Of a DNA stretch of 64,000 nucleotides, positions 1-11,755 are shown one piece after another. The stretch's first letter is position 1. Each line of letters begins with the position of its first letter. Origin of the DNA: Setoptus koraiensis (taxonomy: Eukaryota > Animalia > Arthropoda). Under the pieces are notes generated by a model, which saw only the letters and a list, made by a program, of their open reading frames with translations, searched no databases and was not told where the DNA came from. The stretch lies in contig CM106586.1 of assembly GCA_048013815.1 (NCBI GenBank), forward strand, positions 5,828,001 through 5,892,000, written 5' to 3'. The translations under genes and the position numbers were made by a program.

Positions 1-1177
1 TTGATATTATGGTTTAAAAAAGAATGTTGTTTTGGTTATATAGAATTCATGATATAGATTTTTTTTTGTTCGTTCGTTTGTAAGCAAGTTGCAAAATGGC
101 ATCGGATTGCCTGGACTAGAGTTTGACATGATCAATCATCTTAAAATATCGAACGAACATAAATTGTTATGTTATGCAGTCAACTGAATGACAGCATAGT
201 TTTGGATAGTTTTAGCCAAAAACCGTTCGCACACCAATCATTTACTGATAAATCACTTCTGTTAGAGTGATAAATAAAGAGTATAAGACTTTGGTCATTT
301 CTAATAATATTCATTGACCAATGTTCAATCGCAGTGTTGTAGCTCTTTGTTTGGGTGTAGTGTCAATTTGTTAGTTTATTTAATTATATGTTGGTTGTCT
401 AGAAATAGTATATTAGTTGGCTCATGATACATGTAGATCCAGAATACTCTTTGTGAAAGTAAATAGAAAAGAGAATTTTAGATCTGCAATTTGAGCGAAA
501 CATTTGGAGGTAGAAACAAACAGGTAGGAAAGTCATGTCGGAACATATATTTTGCATTAAAAAATTACACTATGGGGTAATTTTTTAATGGCAAAATAGT
601 AGTTGTTCGACATGACGGTTTCTGTGTTGTTTCTACTCCAATGTTTCGCAAAGTTGGCAGATCTAAAATTCACTTTTCTATTTACTTTCACAAAGAGTAT
701 ACTGGATCTACGTGGTATCAGTGGAGACAACTAATATGGACTGTATTTCTAGACAACCGAACGATATAATGTAGAGTAACTAACAAATTGACACAACATC
801 CCAAGGACAAAGAGCTAGCAACACAGCTGATGTGGAACATTGGTCAATGAATGATTAGTTAGAAATGACCAAAGTCATGATGACTCTTTATTTTATCACT
901 CTAACAAAGTGATGTATCAGTAAATGATTGGTGTGCGAACGGTTTTTTGCGTAAAACTATGCCAAACTAGCTGTCATTCAGGTTGAGCTGCGATACAATA
1001 ACAAATTATTACGTTCGGGATATTTAGGAGGATGATTGAGGCATGTCAAGTCTAGTCTAGTCTAATCGATGCCATTTGCAACTTGCTTACGAGAGACGGA
1101 GACAAAAAAAAAATCTGATAGTGCTAGTGAATTCTATATAACCAAAGACAACAATCTTTTTTAAACCATATTATCAA
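1..1177. repeat. Imperfect fold-back inverted repeat (arms ~1-568 and ~577-1177, 8-nt loop)
   Basis: Centre reads tttgcattaaaaaattac-actatggg-gtaattttttaatggcaaa. Arms stay alignable to the window edge (1 ttgatattatggtttaaaaaaga vs revcomp of 1155-1177) but carry many 1-3 nt indels. Confidence 0.9.
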
Positions 1178-1343
1178 TATTCTTATGAAATTCTATACTA
1201 TAACAAGTTTTACTGTTATTATCATGATTATTATTTTCACATTAGATTGAATTTGTATGACTATGTTAGTTAGTCATTGTTCACACAACTATTATCATAA
1301 TAATTATCTTTGTCAACATCTCACCATCAGACATCATAATGGA
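1100..1343. repeat. Direct repeat copy 1 (~243 bp)
   Basis: agacaaaa..tctgatagtgctag...cagacatcataatgga recurs at 2199-2440. Differences seen: A-run length (10 vs 8) and three substitutions. Confidence 0.95.
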
Positions 1344-1360
1344 GAGTAGGGCCTACCATG

Positions 1361-1711
1361 TTATTCCCCGTCTTTCTTTTCTTGTAGCCAGAATTTTTCA
1401 GCGTCAACCAAATGAAACCAATGACCACAATTGCATTTTACAGGAGGACCTTTTTGCAAGACTAGATAGCTGACATCTTTACAAACACACATGATTGCTC
1501 TTGAGTTGCCGTAGGCGGTCACTACCATTGGATTCGATTTGGATGAGCTCTTATCTATTTCGGTCTCCGACTCTTGAAAAGGATCCAATTTTCTGAGCTC
1601 ATCAAGACTAACTCTCCTGGTCTCTGTATCATATCTGGGTTGCGTGAGGCTGAGCGATCTAGAAAGTTTACCACATCTGGCCAGAGATCTAGTTGCAATC
1701 CGGAGAATCAT
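1361..1711 (-). CDS. COX5B: Cytochrome c oxidase subunit 5B (divergent, intronless)
   Basis: Basic presequence-like N-terminus; SNPMVV..SRAIMCVC...LQKG..KCNCGHWFHLV matches the arthropod COX5B zinc-binding C-terminus (CIC...CECGHWFKLV). Confidence 0.85.
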   Translation of the reverse strand: MILRIATRSLARCGKLSRSLSLTQPRYDTETRRVSLDELRKLDPFQESETEIDKSSSKSNPMVVTAYGNSRAIMCVCKDVSYLVLQKGPPVKCNCGHWFHLVDAEKFWLQEKKDGE

Positions 1712-2198
1712 GGCAAATTAGGTGGTCTTTGGCAATATTTGTTTCTGATTAAGGAACTGAATGATTGAAACTTTATAATACTGCAGCGCTAAAAAGTATT
1801 ATATCTAATACGACGTCACGGGACATCTTGAATTGCGGGTTATGATCGTATCTGATAATGCCATGTGATTGTCAATTATGCCAGTTTTGCATGCTAGGGG
1901 GCGCGAATGATTTCTATAAAAATAAGGCTAGTAGTTGCATGAATCGGGCACAATTCGGAGGCGCGTTTGTTTTTGTCGAGATGCAACAAAAACAACAACA
2001 ACCAAGCAACTTCGACTGCTGATCCGGTCCTACGAGGCGTGTCTGCACACAAGAGGGTGGGGCGTTAACTACCGGCCCCGTAAGAAGGCTGCCAGAGAGA
2101 CTACATCCCGAAACCGCTCGGGACCAGTGATTGCAAGTTTGCCCGACAGCGGCAACAAACATTTTGCTTCAGTCCAAGCGCGTACATTTTAATCCAGT

Positions 2199-2440
2199 AG
2201 ACAAAAAAAATCTGATAGTGCTAGTGAATTCTACATAACCAAAGACAACAATCTTTTTTAAACCATATTATCAATATTCTTATGAAATTCTATACTATAA
2301 CAAGTTTTACTGTTATTATCATTATTATTATTTTCACATTAGATTGAATTTGTATGACTATGTTAGTTAGTCATTGTTCACACAACTATTATCATAATAA
2401 TTATCTTCGTCAACATCTCACCATCAGACATCATAATGGA
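2199..2440. repeat. Direct repeat copy 2; ends in the muskelin ATG
   Basis: Near-identical to 1100-1343; its last five bases (atgga) are the first bases of the muskelin ORF. Confidence 0.95.
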
Positions 2441-4967
2441 TCTTACAACGACACGGGACGTAACAACTTCAACAGTTAGTTCCATGGGAGATGATCATCG
2501 TTCAGCTAAGGCATTATCCTATACTATACACAAATATTCAAGCTATTCAGCTATTTATACGCCTGAGAATATTTTACATAATAAACCTAGCGATCATCAA
2601 TCGAGATGGTCATCGGAGACAAGTCATTCGCCGCAATATCTCATCTTGAAATTAGAGAGGCCGGCCATTGTGTCTCATATTACATTTGGTAAACATTCTA
2701 GGAGTCACTATTGTAATATTAAAAAATTCAAAATTTATGGAGGCCTTGAGGAGACCACTAATATACAACTATTGGAGGGCGGTCTAATGAATGACAGCAC
2801 ACCAGAAACTTTCCCATTGAAACATAGTATGGCAGACAAATTAATACCTAGCAGATACATCAAGATCATTCCTATACAATCATGGGGAGGCAGCTTCAAT
2901 TACAGTATTTGGTATGTCGAGTTGAGGGGTCAGGACGATTTCCAACTATTACAGGACTCCATAAATTGGTACAATACCTTCCGTCAAAAAGAGGCCTTAA
3001 AACTTGTTTTGAAGCATCTACGCCAAAACAATTATATTGATCTATTCAATCAATTGCAACAACAAACTAAAGTACATCTAGAAGATGAACTCTTATCCAG
3101 ACTTAATCAATCCCTTGTCATGAACGCTGACTTCGAAGCAGCAGAGCGAATCATCGATGAGGCCGCTCAACGCGGCTTATTTCGAGAATATATTAAAAAT
3201 CAAGAGTTTAAAACCAGATGGAATCAGGTGTCAATATCATCTGAATCCATTCATCCATGCTCCAGAGAAGGCCATCAGATTTGTTTCGATCACATAAGAC
3301 AAGTCTTATATTTATTTGGTGGCGTTGTAAGTAATCTTTCTATAACTTCCATTCGATTTAAAATTGACAATAAGTATAAGCAATGCATACTAAAATTTTT
3401 AATCCTAATTTTCCATTCATTTCCGCAGGACTCATACTCTGGTGAACAGTGTGGTGACTTATGGGCCTATGATGTCGCTAAAAAGGAATGGAATTTACTT
3501 TATGATATTGGTCCAGCAAAAGGTCCTACACCAAGATTTGGACATAAAATGTGCATTGATACTAAAAGAAACAAGATCTATTTGATGGGTCGTTATGTGC
3601 CTAAATCATTAAGATATAGTGAAAACTTGAAGGCAGATTTTTATGTGTTCGACATATCATCTAGTGTTTGGCACCTTATAAGTGAAGATACCACCAGCGA
3701 CGGAGGACCTTTTCTCATCTCAAATCACAGCATGTGCATGGATGTTGAACAAAATCGTATTTATGTATTTGGCGGTTGTGTGATGGCACCTCTCTCCCAA
3801 AGCGCATCCGATGAACGATCCCTATGTCCTGATAGACAACAATTTTCTGGCCTATTTTATTATGATGTTTGCAGAAAAACTTGGCGTTGTCTTCGTGAAG
3901 ACTCGAGTAAAGCATCGCCTCTATCCAGCTCTAGATCTAGTTTAAACATTTTTATCAAGTCAAGAGTCGGACAAATAATGCTTTATCATGATAGATTGAG
4001 AAGACTTTATATATCGAGCGGCCAAAGAGGAAAAGATCCAATAAGAGACTTACTTGTCTATCATGTTGATAAAGATGTACTCGAGACAATTTTCGATGGT
4101 GAGAAAAATGTTGTGCCTTTCTCCAGTCTAACACTGCGAGCAACAATAGACACTGATCACGATAGTATATATGTATTTTCGGTAAGTTATCTAACTTTGA
4201 CCATCAAGATCTCCTTCTGAACTGGGTCGTAAACTCAAGGTTTTCACTTGTTTTTCATCTTTTTTCGATCGTTTCGAATACAGGGTCAAAATAAAGGAAC
4301 TGAGCCCCATTCTTTCTGGTTATATGATATCAATGAATCCAAATGGGCAAGCATCTACCGATATGATTGTTCTTTCAGTCAAGGTGGAAAGTCGGAACCG
4401 TGCCCTAGATCGCCTCATCAAGTTTGTTATGATACATCAAAGAAGGTGCATTATTTCTATGGAGCAGATTTAGATATACCTAGTGAATCTATGTCAACTG
4501 CATCTCAATTAACTTCTTCATCCGATCCGTCTGTATCGGCGGAGCATAAACCCCGATCAAACAAATATATGTGTTTGAGTGATTTTTGGGAACTACATCT
4601 AGTGAAGATAACCGAGGATAGATTGCGCTTTCTATGCAAAAGACAAGTTAGGCAGCTCAAATTCAAAGAGATGATCTCAGTAGATGTCCGTCTGGCAATC
4701 AAATACTTACAAGAGGAGTTATGCCAAAGCTATGATCTCAGTACAGAGCAAGAGAGAACTGAATTTCATTCATTATCCCTATCTTTATTCATAGGCGATC
4801 TAGCTGATTCAAGTACTGCTGCCGCAATTTCGTCACAGGGTACTCAACTAGTATGCGATGCAAGGTATATGGAAAGATCTAGAATCTTTGACAAACTAGT
4901 ATCTTATTTTCCGGAGTCTATGACGCAACCTAAGACTGATCTAGTTGATTTAATATTCGTAAAATGA
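2436..4967 (+). CDS. MKLN1: Muskelin (CTLH complex; discoidin-LisH-CTLH-kelch); exons 2436-3326, 3429-4181, 4284-4967
   Basis: YSSYSAIYTPENIL..KPSDHQSRWSSE, PQYLILKLERPAIV, SWGGSFNYSIWYVELRG, kelch repeats, C-terminal FPESMTQPKTDLVDLI. Two GT-AG introns of 102 bp each restore frame (LFGGV|DSY; VFS|GQN). Confidence 0.95.
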
Positions 4968-7900
4968 AGTCATCCGGGTTGTTTTGGGTTTGCTATTCTA
5001 TTGAAGAGGCACCATTTCATACGTAAGACAACAGAAAATTATCTGTACACAAAATTAACAACCATCGCATGATGGCTAGCTTAAGCAGACCGAGCGACAT
5101 GCCGAGTTGCCAAGGCACACCGATATCGCGTAACCGAATTTACTCTATAGAATAATTGGAGGTCAGTCAAGATTGACACAATCACCAGGGTACAAGTTTA
5201 TAGAATTGCAAGTTATTGTCCTGTTTTTGGTAAGACAATCTAACCTAACGAACTTTATCTTTCTAGATACAAAATCTAGTGAGGATGTTTAGCGTTTTCA
5301 CTATAGAATGAAAGCAAAGATTGATGTAAAAAGTAAAAAACTCAAACTGTTTTGAATCGAATAAAAGAGACCAATGATTGACAAATGAATTAACCATTCT
5401 AGTTGGTAATCTTTTCGTTACTTGCTATGTGTGTGAAATAGTGATTTATTAAGAATAGGAGAGCTCCCGAGCGCTTCAGTTTATCGTTCCATCACATCCT
5501 GGGACAAAGGCCTATCCGCATAGGCCGGCCTACCGTCCACGCCACGTCATCGTGTTCAGCGTTTCCCGAAACGTCGGTTTGGTGAGTTTCGCATCTCTAC
5601 TTCAGCTTTATGTTAAACCGGAACCGGAAATTCCATCAGAATCTGGATGGAGACCCAACCTTTTATAGGGCTATATTTATAAGCTATTCAATCCCCGCGC
5701 GGACATTTCTGGGGCCCTAATAAACGGGGCTCAAGTTTCATTTTCAATTTTTTCAGATTCGGAGTCGGGTCTTGGAAAAAATTGCACCCTCTATGGATGC
5801 GTCTCTTAAAGATCTATCTAATGATACCAGAACGTGTCTCTGCGACGAGACACTGGGGCTCTAGAAGTTCGGAAAGAGAAACAAAACAACGCGGCCTAGT
5901 GGATAAATGAGAAACTGAAGGGTGATGAAATTGGTATATTTGTGTTCAGAATAAATTTCCGAACACGCCCAAACTAAATTTATAAATGTCGGACCAAAAT
6001 GAATCTGGAGACCCTCAAAGCAAGTCGTCCTTTTGTTCAAATAAATTGAACGCAAGTTGCCCAATCTAATTACTTATTTTACAACCTAATATGTATATCT
6101 ACAGGTATTTCTACAAAGAGAACCAAGAAATAAGAAATTCAGAGAGACGCGCGGTTCAGCGTAATCAAATCGTAACGTAAAGCATTCGAAGGACTTTTAC
6201 CGCGATACGGACACATCAGTAGAGCCTCTTAAAACAAACAAAAAAATCAAACTTAATTCGCATTATCTGAGTGCCAGCGTCTCCATCGCTGGTTGAATGT
6301 ATACGTTCATTGCTGCTAGCTTTCAGATAGAGTTGGCCTGCTCCACTTGTTATTACTCAATTATTATACATAGGCAGCTAACGACGATAATTGAAGATAA
6401 CAGTGTCCCACTTTTGGCATGCGTACAACATCATCAAGCTAGAACTTTTGGTTTGGTCAGAAATTTTGTAGTGCTTTTTCTGCTAGATAAACCATCTTGG
6501 AAGTTGGTGAGCACTGCAAACAAGCAAATGAATGCGAATTTTCGCCAAGCATTTTAATTGTTATGTAATACTATCTCATTCCTTACATTACACATATTAA
6601 TATGTGAGTGTAATGCTCACACTAATGTAAATGTATTGGCGTGCTGAGTCAAGTTGTTATGAGCTGCAATGTTTGCTGTTGCCGCTGACAAATATACTAT
6701 GCTTTTGCTTGCCACAAGCTCATTATTATTGTGACATCATTTTAGCGACTAGCAAGTCGCAGTGCCACTTCGTGAAACAACATCAGTAGCATCATGATAA
6801 TAAATAAATAAATTATTTTATAGAGCTTTTGCAATGTTGCATAATTATCTCTTGATGACTAGACCGTTCGAATTGAACCGTTTGTGCCAAGCGAATTGAG
6901 CGAATGCTCAACATAAAAAGAAACACAAAAACTTGAGAACAGCAATTTCAGTATTATAACTTATGGGCAGACTACTTAAGTGTACGTATTCCGTAGATTC
7001 GCCTTAGTGAAATTGGCTTAATGGATTTCGGGCCACAATGCACGCAGGCAAACAAAAAGGGATGATGTCTATGTGATGACTGTAGCGCTTTCATAGACAG
7101 CCAGTTGATTGAGGCTGTTCCTCTGTTTACAATGTTTTCAAAACAAAAGTTAATGTAATGGATATCTGTTCTTAGTTTATGCGTTATCTCTCGTTCTCCC
7201 TTTCGCCCGTTGTTCACTTCATCGTTTGCGATAAACTATCTTGAGAGAATCGTCGCAAAGAAAAAACTCATCCAAAACATTCAGTTAGACAACAATAATC
7301 TAAGGCCGAGTGCCTTATGTGTTGGCGCGATGTGTTACTAACCGTCGATTCGATTGTTCGTCGCCAAGATGTGACATCAGTGATAACTTTATCAAAGTAT
7401 TACTTTCTTTCTTCTTTTTCACAACTATGCCAATAATAGCCATCGCCAAGGAACACAATCAACATGTTTTCGTTGTCGGCGCAAAATGTCTTATAATTGA
7501 CAAATGAGGAAGTTCTCTCGTTTACTACTGCAATGGCTACTGACTTAGCGACTAGAATTGCAACAAGTACAACGGAGCTCTTGTTGACGGCCAGTAACTA
7601 CTTGCCACTGTCTGATTAACACTAAACAGTATAGGTTGTATAGTACCCCGATAATGACCTTGAAGAATCAACGTATCTTTTGTGTTTCGCTTCATACTGC
7701 TGTAAATATTGCTGGTTTTGTTGTAGTTGTTGTTGTATGGCTAGCTGGGACATGTTCCACAATGCACTTCTTTATAAGAACTGAAATGAGCCATTAGATA
7801 ATCAGACACACACACACAGTTATTGATAATAGCTCACTCATAGTTGACTTAACTACTAGCAGATTATAGCGAGATATTCTTGGCATTAGTTTGTTTGCTT

Positions 7901-9060
7901 AGCGAGTCAGTTTATCTCAACAACTGCATTGGCTTATTTCACCAATTCTATCATCAATGTGCCATTTGTTTGTTTACAGTCGAATTAGTCTAGTTCGGTA
8001 GTTCCGAGTAAATCCAGACATTATAGCACAAACAAACCATTCTGAGTGTATCTTTGTCGTCCGACGATATCATCTGTTGGTGGCACTAGCCAACAACAAT
8101 CAATTAAGAGACAGCCAATAAGAGTCTTACAGAAGCTGAACCTGCCAAGCAGAACCTAACAAACAACAATGCTAGGTTCGCTATTGACAAGTTCCACCAC
8201 CTCCGGAAGAGATGACAAAGAATTGTTGTTGTTACCAATGTGACTTCTTCAGTCTGTATTCAATAGTAGTGAGATAATGTGTCACCAATTATAATAATTA
8301 GCCTGTCAACCATCTCATTACTATCGGCTATCATTATGTTTGCACATACACGTTAGTCAATGGCGCAGTAACAGCTATTATATAATCTCTACCCTTCCAC
8401 CGCGACACTATCTATAATTAGTATGTTTATGGTAGATCATGGCAAAATTTCAAATGAAAAAATGCAGCAATCAACTTCAATCGACAACAACAACAACAAC
8501 AGATTGCATTACATAATACACGAAGAAACACAATCAAATATCACAATTGATATGGCGAATATTTGAGAAGGTGCTATTTACCCCAAAGTTGATGGCAACA
8601 TTATGATGTTCAGTATGACATCGCGTACTGTTTCAGTGGAAGTGTCTCTCAATCTGTCCACATTATTGTGATCATGATCATTTTTTTTTCAACACTATCT
8701 CACGAAAAAGAGCTACATGACTGGCTAATGAATCCAGCCAGACCTTTTTCAAGGTTAACACAGAGCCATGACAACAGTCCTATTGATACTTAGAGAAAAA
8801 CAATTTTACACAATCTACCTGGTGTTTCTATCCCATGTCCAACCGTCAATCGTATAGCTTACAGTAGACAACAAAAACAATTCATCGTCAACATAAAGGC
8901 ATCTGACACTAACAGGATATAGTTTAAGGTGCCGGAAAAGTTTTGAAAAACAGAAAACTTTGCTTCGCACAATCAGTTTAGCCACAAATCATCATAACTT
9001 CACCGGAATCATTATTGATTCATTTTTCATTGATTTTCACACGTCGTATATTCATTTACT

Positions 9061-11058
9061 ATGGGTCGTCATGACAACATGCGCAACTATGCACCACTAA
9101 CCACTACTTCATATTGTCGCGTATCAAATATTTACTTCAACAGAGCCATCACCGTTCCACCACCTCAGATTGATTTGCCGTTATTGTCCCACTATCAAAC
9201 AAAACTATCTAATTCAAAATCAATCGAATCCAATGGCAAACCAATCAGAGCTGGAAATCAACAAGACAGCAACCACAACAACATCAGTAATAAGGATTCA
9301 CTGAAATCAATATCGGAGCCGGGCGTAACAAAACAAAATACGAGAGCTTTATTTCATCAATTGCTTCATCGGCACGACGACACTCCTTATCTTCCGTTGG
9401 GTATGCAGCTAGAGCATCCAACTAATCAAGACCACATCAAGCAATCTTGCGCCGATTCCGACTACCGAAGTAACTCTTTTAATAGCGCTCAATCGTCCTC
9501 GTCCGACTTGGCACAGACCGACTATCCGGGTAACAAGCAATCCAACAGTAGCAATTGTGTCAGATTGTACGATGCAATCGCACAATACAAACCTGAAATA
9601 AACACTGGCGCTCACATAAATGGTTATAATCATTCAAACGATCAACCAATAGTTGATGTAGAGTTTGCCAGAGACAAACTGATAGCCAAAGTAGATAAAC
9701 ATCTTTTTTGGAGTAACAAGGCGGCTAAAAATGTTCAAATTTACAGTATAGAACAGAAGCTGGTTTATATTTGTACTTTGGAGAGTTTCACAGAGAAGCG
9801 CTTAATTCAATGGCAATACGAACCGTATAATCATAAATGGGCCAGACCGGCTTTGTCCAAGCCAGATAACGATGGTCAACGTGAACCGACGCGCGAAACA
9901 ATCTGGTCCGATCTCACTGGCCAAAAAACAAGCCCTGCCGAAGGATTCTGTCATAGCGTCGGTGAGCCGGCAATAAAAATGTTCCAATCATCCATCTTCA
10001 CAAAAGAATTGCCTAATACATCATTTATAAAAACGTGTCACATGTGCCAGGGCCGAGCAAGAAAGAAATGTGGCAATTGTAACGCGTTAGGCTACGAGGT
10101 TTGTTATGCGTGCCTGGGCAAAGGACAAGGTTCCAAGAGATCGTACTCAAGCCATCAGTGGTCATCAAGCGATCAGCGTTCAGCATCTAGATCGTCGTCC
10201 CGATCATCCCAGGATCTCAGATACGCCTCGTCAAATAGAAGATCATCCTTTGATCTTACAAGCTCAGATACTTGTCACCAGTGTCATGGCGGCGGCAAGC
10301 GCCGTTGTTTAAAATGCAAAGGGGCCGGATTTAATATTTGCAAAGGGTGCGAGGGCCAGGCACAGGTCAGATGCTACATGAAGCTCAGTGTAGTGCTGAA
10401 TAATCATAAAAAAGAGATTATAATCAATAATGACAATGAAACCATCATTCCAAACGACAGATTGAAATTGGCCTCTGGTTGCAGAATCTATGAACAGGTG
10501 GCCCCTAAGGTAATGTTTCAACTAAATCTTTCTATCTCTGGTCATGATGATTTCAAATATGTTGCTTCCATTTGACCGAGCTCCATTTCCACCACTCACT
10601 GAATATCTTGTCGAGCAGCTAAAGCAGATCGAATGTGTCGCTCATGATCCTTGCATCGCATTAGCGAGCAAGCTACTGCTAGAAAAACACCAATCCATTT
10701 ACAAGGACGAGTTACTTCTACAACAGGTAAATGAAATGGTCATCATTTATTGCATCCAATAATCAACTTTACACGACAATTATCCCAACTTTTTACTTTT
10801 TCATTCTCTTGTTTGATAATATCTGGATGTTTTAATTATCCCATCAATAGCGCCAGAAAGTGTACTCCATCGAAGTGAATATAGTCAAGTATGGATGGAA
10901 AAACAAGTTTGGTCACTTTGTAATATATGGCGACGAAAGGAAAGCATATGTTCCCTCATTTCCCTATAAGAACCTTTGCTCCATCAGCTAATGTTGCGCG
11001 ACTTACTTTCCTTCTTGGCATTCCCCTAGAATACATATCTACATTCTGTAGGTTGTGA
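9061..11058 (+). CDS. SSUH2: SSUH2 homolog (DnaJ-like CxxCxGxG zinc-repeat protein)
   Basis: LESFTEKR...EPY, CHMCQGRARKKCGNCNALG..CYACLGKG, CHQCHGGGKRRCLKCKGAG..CKGCEGQ. Introns start at 10510 and span 10727-10850; last exon RQKVYSIEV..YGWKNKFGHFVIYGDERKAY ends in TGA at 11056-11058. The acceptor of the first intron is inferred. Confidence 0.88.
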
Positions 11059-11755
11059 AAATGGCGAAAATGCTCCACACATAAGCATTATCTCAACGAT
11101 GATTTCAATCGCGACGCTGCGGTTACAAGAACTCTCTGATAGAAAACCACATCAGCTATTATATATTTGGAACCTGATGTGGCCTTGCTCTAATGTATAT
11201 ATAAGTAAAGTATGATAAGAATAAGTGATATAGTTACTAACGCACGCTTATTACGCGGTAAGGTGTTCTTTTGTTTGAAAAGAAACTCAGCGGAAACTTC
11301 TCTTGGAATTATAGGCCTGCCATAGGATTTCAACCCATAGGAAACTCAGGTTAGGTCTTATCACAAGCTAAGTCTCTCTTAATTGGCAATACAAAATTTT
11401 TAACGATCTTAATAAAAATGGTGCGCTGTCAATTGTGCATTTGGTCTGACAAATGAATTGCCGTCACCTTAAATTTATTAACTGTTATTCAATGTATATG
11501 TTACAAAAGTTGATTTGTAAATATTGGAACGCGCTTTTCATCCCATACTCTAGCCTAATTAATATTTGTGAACCACATGCATCGATGTATAACAGTGATC
11601 ACTACATCTACACTAAACAAATCTAAATTTTTTCATGAATAATATAATCCGTGAATAGGAGATGCACGTATCTCATTCGAACACATAGCAGGCACATGAT
11701 GCAAATTGTGATAAATTTTCGATTGTTCTCTGTCTCCATCCACTTAAAACAAGCC

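Noticed and set aside
5400-6300. Possible gene or transposon relic downstream of muskelin (splice-like signals, FGVGSWKKL Myb-like fragment)
   Set aside because: No consistent exon chain or long frame could be built and no terminal repeats were found.
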